From Acidimicrobiales bacterium (GTDB lineage Bacteria; Actinomycetota; Acidimicrobiia; Acidimicrobiales; Aldehydirespiratoraceae), in contig OY730440.1 in NCBI GenBank assembly GCA_963422655.1, positions 2,041,442-2,105,441 of the forward strand: a stretch of DNA of 64,000 nt, given 5' to 3'. Of this stretch, positions 18,861 through 27,507 are shown piece by piece. Both the position numbers and the translations under genes were made by a program. The notes below the pieces were generated by a model, which saw only the letters and a list, made by a program, of their open reading frames with translations, was not told the origin of the DNA and ran no database searches. Position 1 is the first letter of the stretch; each line of letters opens with the position of its first letter.

Positions 18861-20369
18861 ATGCGAGGCATCATCGCCGCCGCCGGTTACGTGCCTTACC
18901 ACCGCCTCGACCGGGCTGAGATAGCCGCCTTCTTCAGGGCAGACCGAGGCGGCGGTACCAGAGCCGTGGCTGCCCACGACGAGGACACCACAACCCTGGC
19001 CGTGGCCGCGGCCAGCGCCGCCTTGGCCTCCACTGCCGTCCGCGCCGATGCAGTCTGGTTCGCTACCTCCACCCCGGCCTACCTCGACAAGACCAACGCC
19101 ACCGCCATCCACGCCGCCCTGGGCCTCGATACTGAGGTGGATGCCCTCGACTTCGGAGGTGCCATCCGTTCCGGTCTCGGTGCTCTGCGCGCCGCGTTCG
19201 AAGGGACCGGTACCACCCTGGTGATCGGTGCCGATGTTCGAGACGGCCGGCCCGGCGGCACCGACGAGGCCCAGGCCGGAGACGGAGCCGCGGCCGTGCT
19301 GGTGGGCGACGCCGCTTCGCCGACCTCGAGCCGCGCCCCGAGTGGCGGTCCGCTGCTGGCGGAATACCTGGGCGGCGCCGTACGCACCGTCGAGGTAACC
19401 GAACGCTGGCGGCTCCCCGGTGGCCACTCTCAGAGCTGGGAGGAACGCTTCGGTGAGAGCGTCTACCCGCCGCTGATAGCCGAGACCTGGGTCGACGCTC
19501 TGGCCGCGGCCGGTGGTGTGAAGACCAGCGCCGTCGACCGGTTGATCGTCACCGGCCTGAACCGGCGAGCCGTGACCAGTTCGGTGGCCCGACTCGGTGT
19601 AGCCTCCGACCGGGTGGCCGACGACTTGGCCGCCACTGTGGGCAACACCGCTACCGCCCATCCGGCCTTGCTGCTCACCGCCGCATTGGAGCAGGCCGAA
19701 CCCGACCAGTTAATCGCAGTGGTCGGCTTGGCCGACGGGGTGGACGTGATGGTGATGTGCACCACCGGCGCCGTCACCGAGTGGTTGCCCGACCCCGCTG
19801 CCACCGTGGCCGGACAGATCTCAGCCGGTGGGCCGGTGAGCTACAGCCGGTTCCTGGCCTGGCGGAAACTGATGGCCGTCGAACCCCCCAACCGTCCGCC
19901 CCCGGCTCGCCTGTCCGCCCCGGCCGCGTACCGACGGGCGGGCTGGAAGTATGGCTTCGTCGGGTCCAGAGACCGCTCGTCGCAGATGGTGCACCTACCC
20001 CCGGCCCGGGTGGCCGAGCAGGGCGGCGCTGTCGACGACATGGAACCGGCCCCCATGGCCGCCACGGCCGGTACCGTGATCACCTTCACCATCGACCGGC
20101 TGTCCTGGTCGGCCGACCCGCCCGTGATCTTTGCCGTGGTTGATTTCGACGGCGGAGGTAGGGTGCCGGTCGAGCTCACTGACATCGACCCCGACGAGGT
20201 TCATACCGGTATGCGGGTCGAGCCCACCTTCCGCCGGTTGGCCACTGCCGATCAGGTCCACAACTACTTCTGGAAGGCTCGCCCTCTACCTATGGAACCG
20301 GCCCCACCGACGGCACCGAGCCCGATCGGCTTGGACCTCACCGATACCAACCAAGATCCGACGCCATGA
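18861..20369 (+). CDS. HMG-CoA-synthase/KAS-III-like condensing-enzyme domain fused to a DUF35-type OB-fold domain
   Basis: N-terminal: AAHDEDTTTLAVAAASAAL...FATSTPAYLDKTNA...GDGAAAVLVGD. C-terminal: GTVITFTIDRL...PVIFAVVDFDGGGRVPVELTDIDPDEVHTGMRVEPTFR (DUF35 OB-fold pattern). Confidence 0.65.
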   Translation: MRGIIAAAGYVPYHRLDRAEIAAFFRADRGGGTRAVAAHDEDTTTLAVAAASAALASTAVRADAVWFATSTPAYLDKTNATAIHAALGLDTEVDALDFGGAIRSGLGALRAAFEGTGTTLVIGADVRDGRPGGTDEAQAGDGAAAVLVGDAASPTSSRAPSGGPLLAEYLGGAVRTVEVTERWRLPGGHSQSWEERFGESVYPPLIAETWVDALAAAGGVKTSAVDRLIVTGLNRRAVTSSVARLGVASDRVADDLAATVGNTATAHPALLLTAALEQAEPDQLIAVVGLADGVDVMVMCTTGAVTEWLPDPAATVAGQISAGGPVSYSRFLAWRKLMAVEPPNRPPPARLSAPAAYRRAGWKYGFVGSRDRSSQMVHLPPARVAEQGGAVDDMEPAPMAATAGTVITFTIDRLSWSADPPVIFAVVDFDGGGRVPVELTDIDPDEVHTGMRVEPTFRRLATADQVHNYFWKARPLPMEPAPPTAPSPIGLDLTDTNQDPTP

Positions 20370-21559
20370 GTTCGCACGGGATCGCCGATCGGGTGGCTGT
20401 CATCGGGATGAGCTGCACTCCCTTTGCTGAGCATTGGGACCGCTGCATCGACGACTTGATCATCGACGCCGCTACTGCCGCCTACGCCTCGGCCGGGGTG
20501 CCCCAGTCCGGCGTCGATGCCTTCTGGTTCGGCACCGCCCAATCGGCTGCCTCCGGGCTGGGGTTGTCGGGACCGCTGAAGATCCACGGCAAGCCGGTCA
20601 CCCGGGTCGAGAACTACTGCGCCACCGGATCCGACGCCCTGCGCCAAGCCGCCTACGCGGTGGCCTCCGGCGCCTACGACGTGGCCATGGCCCTAGGAGC
20701 CGAGAAGGTCAAGGACAGCGGCTACCAAGGGCTCAACCCCTTCCCGATACCCGGCGACGGCACCGGTCGCACTGTCGGAGCGGCCGCCATGTTCAGCCTC
20801 ATCCTGCCCGCCTACGCGGCTCGCTACGGCGTGGACATCGACGAGTTGCGCTACGCAGTGGCCCGCATCGCCGAGAAGAACCACCGCAACGGGGCCCGCA
20901 ATCCCTTGGCCCAGTTTCGCCGGGAGGTCTCGGCCGAGAAGATCTGTGAGATGGCGGCTGTGGCCGGCCGGCTGTCGGTGTTCGACTGTGCCGGGGTGGC
21001 CGACGGAGCTGCCGCCGCCATCGTATGTCGGGCCGAGGACGCACTGAAATACCGGGACGATCCCCTGTACGTGAAAGCCCTGGCCTTGGTGACCGGCACC
21101 GGGGGCGGGTCACTGGATCCCGACTACGACTACACCACGCTGCCCGAGTGTCACCTGGCCGCGACCGAGGCCTACGCCCAGGCCCGCATCGACGATCCCC
21201 GTACTGCTCTGGCCTTGGCCGAAGTCCACGACTGCTTCACCCCCACCGAGCTGGTGCTCATGGAGGATCTGGGCTTCGCGGCGCCGGGCACGGCGTGGCA
21301 GGAGGTACTCGACGGCGCTTTCGACTTGGACGGAGACCTGCCCGTCAACACCGACGGTGGGTTGAAGGCGTTCGGTCATCCGGTGGGGGCCAGCGGTTTG
21401 CGGATGCTGTACGAGGTGTGGCTCCAGCTCCGGGGTGAAGCCCCGCCCGGTCGCCGCATCCCCTCCAACGGACGTACCCTGGGGCTCACCCACAACCTCG
21501 GTGGTTACCCGGGCGAGCTTGTGAGCTTTGTGGGAATCTTCGGTACCGAGCTGGGCTGA
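20366..21559 (+). CDS. Thiolase-fold protein (SCP-x / nonspecific lipid-transfer type)
   Basis: 4-nt overlap with the upstream gene. VAVIGMSCTPF, NYCATGSDALRQAAYAVASGAYDVAMALGAEK, EVHDCFT, NTDGGLKAFGHPVGASG. Confidence 0.85.
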   Translation: MSSHGIADRVAVIGMSCTPFAEHWDRCIDDLIIDAATAAYASAGVPQSGVDAFWFGTAQSAASGLGLSGPLKIHGKPVTRVENYCATGSDALRQAAYAVASGAYDVAMALGAEKVKDSGYQGLNPFPIPGDGTGRTVGAAAMFSLILPAYAARYGVDIDELRYAVARIAEKNHRNGARNPLAQFRREVSAEKICEMAAVAGRLSVFDCAGVADGAAAAIVCRAEDALKYRDDPLYVKALALVTGTGGGSLDPDYDYTTLPECHLAATEAYAQARIDDPRTALALAEVHDCFTPTELVLMEDLGFAAPGTAWQEVLDGAFDLDGDLPVNTDGGLKAFGHPVGASGLRMLYEVWLQLRGEAPPGRRIPSNGRTLGLTHNLGGYPGELVSFVGIFGTELG

Positions 21560-21603
21560 GGTTCCAGACCGGGCTGGAGCTTCGAGCTGAGAGGAATGCC
21601 ACT

Positions 21604-24048
21604 GTGCCTGCCCGACCACTCACCGGTATCCGTGTGATCGACCTCGCTGTCGATCTCGGCGAACTGTGCGGGCGTTTCCTCAGCGACTTGGGCGCAGAAG
21701 TTGTCAAGGTGGAGCCGCCGTGCGGCTCGCCCAGCCGTGACCTCCCGCCTCTCGACGGTGACCACTCGCTGTTCTTCACGATGCGCAACTGCGGTAAGCT
21801 CAGCGCGGTCGTCGATATGGCCTCCTCCGATGGGCCCGAGCAGCTCCACCAGCTTCTGGCTGCCGCCGACGTGGTGATCGACTCGGCCGAGCCGGGAACT
21901 CGGGCTGAAGCCGGTTTCGGTGACCTCGAGGCCGAGGCCTTGGCAAACCGGCATCGGAATCTGATCGTGGTTTCGATCACCGCCTACGGCCGTACCGGCC
22001 CCTACGCCGGCCGAGACGTCTGCGGCTCGGTGATCGACGCTACCTCGGGCCTGTGCTGGAAGGCCGGCGTTCCCGAACGAGAGCCCCTCATGCCCCCTGG
22101 CAACATCTCCGGCGACACCGCCTCGCTCATCGGAGCCTTCGCCAGTGTGTGCGCACTGCTTCAGCGCCACGCCACTGGCGCTGGGCAACTCATCGACGTA
22201 TCCGCCAACGAGGCCGCGGCCCAGATCACCGACTGGTCGCTGCCGAACGTGTCCCGCACGGTCGCGTCCGGGGTCTCACCGGTGGAGATCCGGGCCGGAG
22301 CCGGGGTCATCTACCCAATCCTGACCACCCGGGCCGGGTACGTGCGCTTGGTGGTGCTGAGTCCCCGTCAGTGGCACGCCATCCGGGCTTGGCTGGGCGA
22401 GCCCGACTATCTCCAAGACCCTGCCTACGACGCTTTCGTGGCCCGGTTGGCGATCGCTGACGCCGTGCTCATCCCGCTCTACGAGGAGCTGTTCTCCACG
22501 ATGACCTCCGAGGAGGTGGCCACCGAGGCCCAGCGCCGAGGCATAGTGGCCACCCCGGTGCTGGGGCCGGGCGACGTGATTGCCAACCGTCATCTCGATC
22601 AGCGAGGTACTTTCGACCGGGTCCCGCTGTCGTCGGGTGGGATCATGAGCCTACCGTCGGGATGGTTCGAGATCGACGGCGAGCGGGTCGGTCCGACCGG
22701 ACGGCCGCCTCATGTGGGCGAGCACACCGACGAGGTGTTGGCGTCGTTGCAACGGGCTGGCCCCCGGCTTTCTTCTGCTTCGTGCGCTGTACCGGACTCC
22801 GAGCCTTCTTCTGGTACCGGGTCGGTCGCGGGGCAAGATCCGGTCCCGCCTCTGGCCGGGATCCGAGTGGCCGATTTCGGTCACGGCGGTGTGGGTGTGG
22901 AAGCGGGTCGGATGCTGGCCGAGTACGGCGCCGACGTGATCAAGGTCGAAAGCCGCTCCTACCCCGACTTCATCCGGGTGATCCTGGGTGGGGAGATGTC
23001 TCCCTCCTTTGCGTCGTCGTCCCGGTCCAAGCGCAGCCTGGGCGTGAACGCCAAGACCAATGAAGGCCAGCGGCTGCTGTATGACTTGGTGGGTGAGGCC
23101 GACGTGGTCATAGAAAACGGCTCCACCGGCACAATGGACGGCCTGGGGCTCGGGTACGACCGCCTGTCGGAGGTGAACCCCGACGTGGTCATGGTGTCGA
23201 GCCAGCTCATGGGTTCACGGGGCGAGTGGTCCGGCTGGTCGGGGTACGGCCCCAACAGCCAGGGCACCGGGGGCATGACCCATCTGTGGAGCTACCAGGG
23301 TTGGGATCGACCCGTCGGAACCCAGTCGATCTTCCCCGATCACTGGGCCGGCCGGATGGCCGCGGTGGCCGCTGTAGCCGGGGTGCTGGGTCGGCGCCGG
23401 GGCGTCATGTCCGGCGGATACCACGCCGAGGTGTGCCAGTTGGAGCAGGTGGTTGGAGTACTGGGTGATCTGATAGCCAAGGAATCGCTGCAACCCGGTT
23501 CGGTGGTGGCTCGGGGCAACCGCAGCGACCGGGGCGTTCCCTGGGGGCTGTTTTCCTGCGTCGGTGCCGATCAGTGGGTGGCCATCTGTTGTCGAGATGA
23601 TCAGGAATGGTACCGACTGGCTGCCCTGATGGGTATGAACGTCAGCGGGTTGGGTTCGGTCGAGGTTCGCCGAAAGCGTGAGGGGGAGGTGGAAGCGGCG
23701 GTGTCGGCATGGACGGCGGGACAGACCAAGTACGAGGTGACCGAGGCTTGCCTGGCCGCCGGTGTAGCGGCCGGACCCATGCTCACTTCACACGAGCAGT
23801 TGTCGGACCCGCACTTGGCTGCCAGGGGCTATCTGGTGGAGCTGGATCAGGACCCGATCGGGACCATGACCTTCGAAGGGGCCGCTTTTCGTGCCACCGG
23901 CATGACAGAACCCGACATCCGCCCCGCTCCGGGCCTGGGCCGGCACACCCGTGAGATCGCGACCGAGCTCGGGATCGGCACCGACACCATCGACGATCTC
24001 ATAGCTCGGGGTGTGCTCGAAACAGATCCTCCTGTCAACCAGCGATGA
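21604..24048 (+). CDS. Tandem-duplicated family III CoA-transferase (two CaiB/BaiF domains in one 814-aa protein)
   Basis: Two N-terminal signatures: LTGIRVIDLAVDLGELCGRFLSDLGAEVVKVEPP and LAGIRVADFGHGGVGVEAGRMLAEYGADVIKVES. Confidence 0.8.
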   Translation: MPARPLTGIRVIDLAVDLGELCGRFLSDLGAEVVKVEPPCGSPSRDLPPLDGDHSLFFTMRNCGKLSAVVDMASSDGPEQLHQLLAAADVVIDSAEPGTRAEAGFGDLEAEALANRHRNLIVVSITAYGRTGPYAGRDVCGSVIDATSGLCWKAGVPEREPLMPPGNISGDTASLIGAFASVCALLQRHATGAGQLIDVSANEAAAQITDWSLPNVSRTVASGVSPVEIRAGAGVIYPILTTRAGYVRLVVLSPRQWHAIRAWLGEPDYLQDPAYDAFVARLAIADAVLIPLYEELFSTMTSEEVATEAQRRGIVATPVLGPGDVIANRHLDQRGTFDRVPLSSGGIMSLPSGWFEIDGERVGPTGRPPHVGEHTDEVLASLQRAGPRLSSASCAVPDSEPSSGTGSVAGQDPVPPLAGIRVADFGHGGVGVEAGRMLAEYGADVIKVESRSYPDFIRVILGGEMSPSFASSSRSKRSLGVNAKTNEGQRLLYDLVGEADVVIENGSTGTMDGLGLGYDRLSEVNPDVVMVSSQLMGSRGEWSGWSGYGPNSQGTGGMTHLWSYQGWDRPVGTQSIFPDHWAGRMAAVAAVAGVLGRRRGVMSGGYHAEVCQLEQVVGVLGDLIAKESLQPGSVVARGNRSDRGVPWGLFSCVGADQWVAICCRDDQEWYRLAALMGMNVSGLGSVEVRRKREGEVEAAVSAWTAGQTKYEVTEACLAAGVAAGPMLTSHEQLSDPHLAARGYLVELDQDPIGTMTFEGAAFRATGMTEPDIRPAPGLGRHTREIATELGIGTDTIDDLIARGVLETDPPVNQR

Positions 24049-24108
24049 CCAGAGAGATTCCCATGAACTCTGGTTGCTTTTCATAGAGGTGCTGTAGTCT
24101 CTTCGGGT

Positions 24109-24748
24109 ATGGAGACCGTGGTCACGATTTTCATGCCGGCCATGTTTTTGACACTGGTCGGCGGAATCTGGCAGATCCATCGCCTCATCAACACCAAGAT
24201 CGACGGTTTGCGTGACGAGTTGCGCGGTGAGATCGGTGGGTTGCGCGACGAGATCCATGGCGTGCGTGACGAGTTGCGCGGTGAGTTGCGTAGCGAGATC
24301 GGTGGATTGCGGGGTGAGTTGCGTAGCGAGATCGGTGGATTGCGGGGTGAGTTGCGTAGCGAGATCAGTGGATTGCGGGGTGAGATCGGTGGGTTGCGCG
24401 ACGAGATCCATGGCGTGCGTGACGAGTTGCGCGGTGAGATCGGTGGGTTGCGCGACGAGATCCATGGCGTGCGTGACGAGTTGCGGGGTGAGTTGCGTAG
24501 CGAGATCAGTGGGTTTGCGCGGTGAGATCAGTGGGTTGCGCGACGAGATCCATAGCGTGCGTGACGAGATCCATGGCGTGCGTGACGAGTTGCGGGGTGA
24601 GTTGCGCGGTGAGATCAGTGGGTTGCGCGGTGAGATCGGTGGGTTGCGCGAGGACGTGGCGGCTCTCCAAGTGCAGGTGGCTCGCATCGAGGGTCACCTC
24701 GGGATTGGGTTCCTCGAGCCTGTTCCCGTCGGGCAGGCATCCGGCTGA
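24109..24748 (+). pseudogene. Membrane-anchored coiled-coil repeat protein, interrupted by a +1 frameshift
   Basis: TM helix VVTIFMPAMFLTLVGGIWQI, then about 30 units of R-[DGS]-E-[IL]-x-G-[LV] / RxEL. The frame stops at 24525 after gggTTTgcg (all other units read gggttgcg). The repeat and a non-repeat tail REDVAALQVQVARIEGHLGIGF continue in the next frame to 24748. Confidence 0.6.
24196..24655 (+). repeat. Coding tandem-repeat array (21/12/33-nt units, gagatcggtgggttgcgcgac-like)
   Basis: Read directly. For example, the 33-nt unit gagttgcgtagcgagatcggtggattgcggggt is repeated back to back at 24286-24351. Confidence 0.9.
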
Positions 24749-24766
24749 ACTGCCGGTCCGGTTCTG

Positions 24767-26068
24767 TCAGCCGGCTTCGCTGTGGGTGACCGGGGCTTCG
24801 CCCATCCACACCCGCAGAGTGTTCTTCAGCTTGGTCTGCTGGATGAACAGGTCCTGCTCGGGAGCGTCGGTGCCGGCGGCTTGAGGGGCCTTCAGGTAGA
24901 AGCTCAGCCATTCCTGCACCCCCGACTGGCCGGCCCGGGCGGCCAAGTCCATGAACAGAGCCAGGTCCAACACGATTGGGGCGGCTAGGATAGAGTCCCG
25001 GCACAAGAAATCGACCTTGATCTGCATGGGGTAGCCCAACCATCCGAAGATGTCGATGTTGTCCCACCCTTCTTTGTTGTCGCCCCGGGGCGGGTAGTAG
25101 TTGATGCGCACCACGTGATCGATCTCGCCGTATAGTTCGGGGTATACGTTGGGCTGAAGGATCGTGTCCAGCACGCCCAGCTTTGATATTTCCTTGCTCC
25201 GGAAGTTCTCGGGCGCGTCCAAAACCTCGCCGTCCCGGTTGCCCAGAATGTTGGTGGAATACCAGCCCCGCAGACCCAGCATCCGAGCCTTGAAGCCGGG
25301 AGCCAGCATCGTCTTCATCAAGGTCTGACCTGTCTTGAAGTCCTTGCCGACAATGGGCACGCCCCGGGTGTGGGCCAACTCCACCATGCAGGGGGTGTCC
25401 ACAGTGAGGTTCGGCGCCCCGTTGGCGAAAGGCACGTCGCTTTGCAACGCCGCGTAGGCGTAGATCTGGCTGGGGGCGATGGCGGGGTCGTTCTCCTTGA
25501 GTCCGGCTTCGAACGCTGCCACCGACTCGTGGACATCCGACAGCTCCGAGAACGCCTCGGTCGAACCGCACCACACCATGACCAACCGGTCACAGCCGTT
25601 GCGGGTCCGGAAACCTTCGATGTCGGCCATCAGGGCCTGGGCCTGGTCCCACTTCGACGAGATGTCCTTGACCCGTACACCGTCCAGCTTCGACACCCAG
25701 GTTCGGTCGAATACGGCGTCCATAGCCACCACGTCCTCCAGCTCGGCCGAAATCGAGCCCAGATCCCTCTCGGTGAGCACGCCGCAAGTGCGGGCCGCCT
25801 CCATGGCGTTGGGCGAGATGGGGTCCCATCCGCCGAAAACGAGATCGTCGAGACCGGCCAGCGCCACGAAGTCACGGATGCGGGGATTGCGATCCTCGGA
25901 ACGAGGACCGAGCCGGATTCGGGCCATCTGGCTGACCGAGCCGATAGGTGGGGCCAGCCCTCGCCGGGCTGCTATGACACCGGCCATGAAAGTCGAAGCC
26001 ACCGCCCCCAAGCCCGGAGTGAGCACGCCCAGCTTGCCGGTGGGGCCAGGGATGGGTCGTGCCGCCAT
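24767..26068 (-). CDS. ino1: Inositol-3-phosphate synthase (myo-inositol-1-phosphate synthase)
   Basis: MAARPIPGPTGKLGVLTPGLGAVASTFMAGV..., VMVWCGSTE, VPFANGAPN, IVGKDFKTGQT, YSTNILGNRDG. Trimmed from the 603-aa ORF to ATG 26068. Confidence 0.9.
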   Translation of the reverse strand: MAARPIPGPTGKLGVLTPGLGAVASTFMAGVIAARRGLAPPIGSVSQMARIRLGPRSEDRNPRIRDFVALAGLDDLVFGGWDPISPNAMEAARTCGVLTERDLGSISAELEDVVAMDAVFDRTWVSKLDGVRVKDISSKWDQAQALMADIEGFRTRNGCDRLVMVWCGSTEAFSELSDVHESVAAFEAGLKENDPAIAPSQIYAYAALQSDVPFANGAPNLTVDTPCMVELAHTRGVPIVGKDFKTGQTLMKTMLAPGFKARMLGLRGWYSTNILGNRDGEVLDAPENFRSKEISKLGVLDTILQPNVYPELYGEIDHVVRINYYPPRGDNKEGWDNIDIFGWLGYPMQIKVDFLCRDSILAAPIVLDLALFMDLAARAGQSGVQEWLSFYLKAPQAAGTDAPEQDLFIQQTKLKNTLRVWMGEAPVTHSEAG

Positions 26069-26233
26069 GGTTGAATGATAAGCAGTGATCGGCCAACCTG
26101 TCACCGCCGTCCGTGTCGGCCCGGTCCCGGCCCCTCGTCCGCCGTGAGATGTCGAGGCCCCGAGGGTTACGGAAGGCGGCGCGTGCCCTAAGGTCAGAGA
26201 GTCGAGACGGCGAGCGTGAACGAGGGAGACGAG

Positions 26234-26710
26234 ATGAGTAAGGCAGTTGCGGCCTACGAATTGCTGCGAACCCAGCAGGGCGACAGCCTGGGCCACGGCG
26301 ACTGGCTGGAGATCAGCCAGAAGATGATCGATGCCTTTGCCGACTGCACCATCGACCATCAGTTCATCCACGTGAATCCCGAACGGGCCGCAGCCGAGAC
26401 CCCATTCGGCGGCACCATTGCCCATGGCTTTCTCACCCTGTCGATGCTCACCCACCTCACCAAGTCCATCGGTGCTGGCCCCGTCCGTCTCGACGGGATG
26501 GTGATGGGGATCAACTACGGCTTCGACCGGGTGCGGTTTCTCAACCCCGTCAACAGCGGCCAGCGGGTCCGGGCCCATGCCACGGTGAAGTCGGTGGATC
26601 TGAAGGGCGCCGCCGTCAACCGGACTCAGACCATCACCGTGGAGATCGAAGATGTCGACAAGCCAGCTCTGGTGGCCGACTGGGTGACCCGGATCGTGTT
26701 CGAGTCATGA
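26234..26710 (+). CDS. MaoC-like (R)-specific enoyl-CoA hydratase / hot-dog fold dehydratase
   Basis: DAFADCTIDHQFIHVNPERAAAETPFGGTIAHGFLTLSML. Confidence 0.8.
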   Translation: MSKAVAAYELLRTQQGDSLGHGDWLEISQKMIDAFADCTIDHQFIHVNPERAAAETPFGGTIAHGFLTLSMLTHLTKSIGAGPVRLDGMVMGINYGFDRVRFLNPVNSGQRVRAHATVKSVDLKGAAVNRTQTITVEIEDVDKPALVADWVTRIVFES

Positions 26711-27507
26711 ACACCCATCCTGTGCGGGTCGGCAGTTGCCTGTTCACCATGGTCGACCCGGTTCGGGGCTACGAGGTCGACTACAACCGCTGGTACGAGC
26801 GGGATCATTTCTACGCCGGTTGCATGATCGGCCCGGGGCTGTTCGCCGGTAAGAGGTGGGTAGCCACCCGGGACCTGAAAGACCTGCGTTTCCCGGATCC
26901 GTCGCCACTGGCCGTGCCTGTGGACGCCGGTTCGTATCTGGCTGTCTACTGGGTCCACGCCGGTCATCACGATGATCACTTCGGTTGGGCCATCGATCAG
27001 GTGGTCGAGCTGTACAAGACCGGACGCGGCTTCGAGCACCGGGTCCATGCCCATACCGCACTGCTGCACCGGCCCCGGCCGCATTATCGTGACGACGACC
27101 CTGTGCCCATAGAACTGGCCCTCGACCACCCCTATCAGGGTTTGGCTGTGGTGGTCGTCGACCCGGACGGAGGCGCCGACACCGGCACGCTTGACGCCCA
27201 TCTCCGGGCCGAGGCCCTACCCGCACTCATGGGCGGTTCGACGATCGCCGCCATGGTGGCTTGGAGCTATATCGCCCCGGCCGGTGACGCCGCTGACCGG
27301 GCCCCCATGGATCTGGGAACCCCGGCGGGGCCGGCCGAGCGCAGGGTGCAGATGTTCTTCTTGGACGGCGATCCGGCGCAGGCTTGGCCCCGTTTCCAGG
27401 ATTATGCTGCCGGGCTGGCCGCGGCCGGTTGCGGCCGGGTGGTGTTCGCTGCGCCCTTCCGGCCCACCATCGTGGGAACCGACACCTACACTGATCAGCT
27501 CTGGTGA
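26707..27507 (+). CDS. Conserved-looking hypothetical protein
   Basis: 266-aa ORF with 4-nt overlaps to both neighbours. No motif recognised. Confidence 0.5.
   Translation: MNTHPVRVGSCLFTMVDPVRGYEVDYNRWYERDHFYAGCMIGPGLFAGKRWVATRDLKDLRFPDPSPLAVPVDAGSYLAVYWVHAGHHDDHFGWAIDQVVELYKTGRGFEHRVHAHTALLHRPRPHYRDDDPVPIELALDHPYQGLAVVVVDPDGGADTGTLDAHLRAEALPALMGGSTIAAMVAWSYIAPAGDAADRAPMDLGTPAGPAERRVQMFFLDGDPAQAWPRFQDYAAGLAAAGCGRVVFAAPFRPTIVGTDTYTDQLW

Noticed and set aside
18099-19661. 520-aa minus-strand ORF
   Set aside because: It is antisense to the GGT and HMGCS-like genes. The same reasoning applies to 7673-8920(-), 6638-7636(-), 4314-5330(-), 10286-11314(-), 11431-12612(-), 27495-28529(-), 46527-47390(-) and 38605-39723(+).
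24196-24655. Possible CRISPR array (many short near-identical repeats)
   Set aside because: The repeats are contiguous with no unique spacers. The units are multiples of 3 nt and translate into a coherent heptad or hendecad protein repeat. There are no cas genes nearby.
23788-24687. 299-aa minus-strand ORF with repetitive PTDLTAQL... sequence
   Set aside because: It is the antisense reading of the R-x-E-I repeat array. It overlaps the end of the CoA-transferase gene and has no start context. The plus-strand frame has a TM helix, a coiled-coil periodicity and a unique tail.
26069-26578. 170-aa upstream extension of the ino1 ORF
   Set aside because: The conserved Ino1 sequence starts at MAARPIPG (26068), and the extension overlaps the MaoC gene on the other strand. 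Similar extensions were trimmed at 39514-39906 and 43337-43960.
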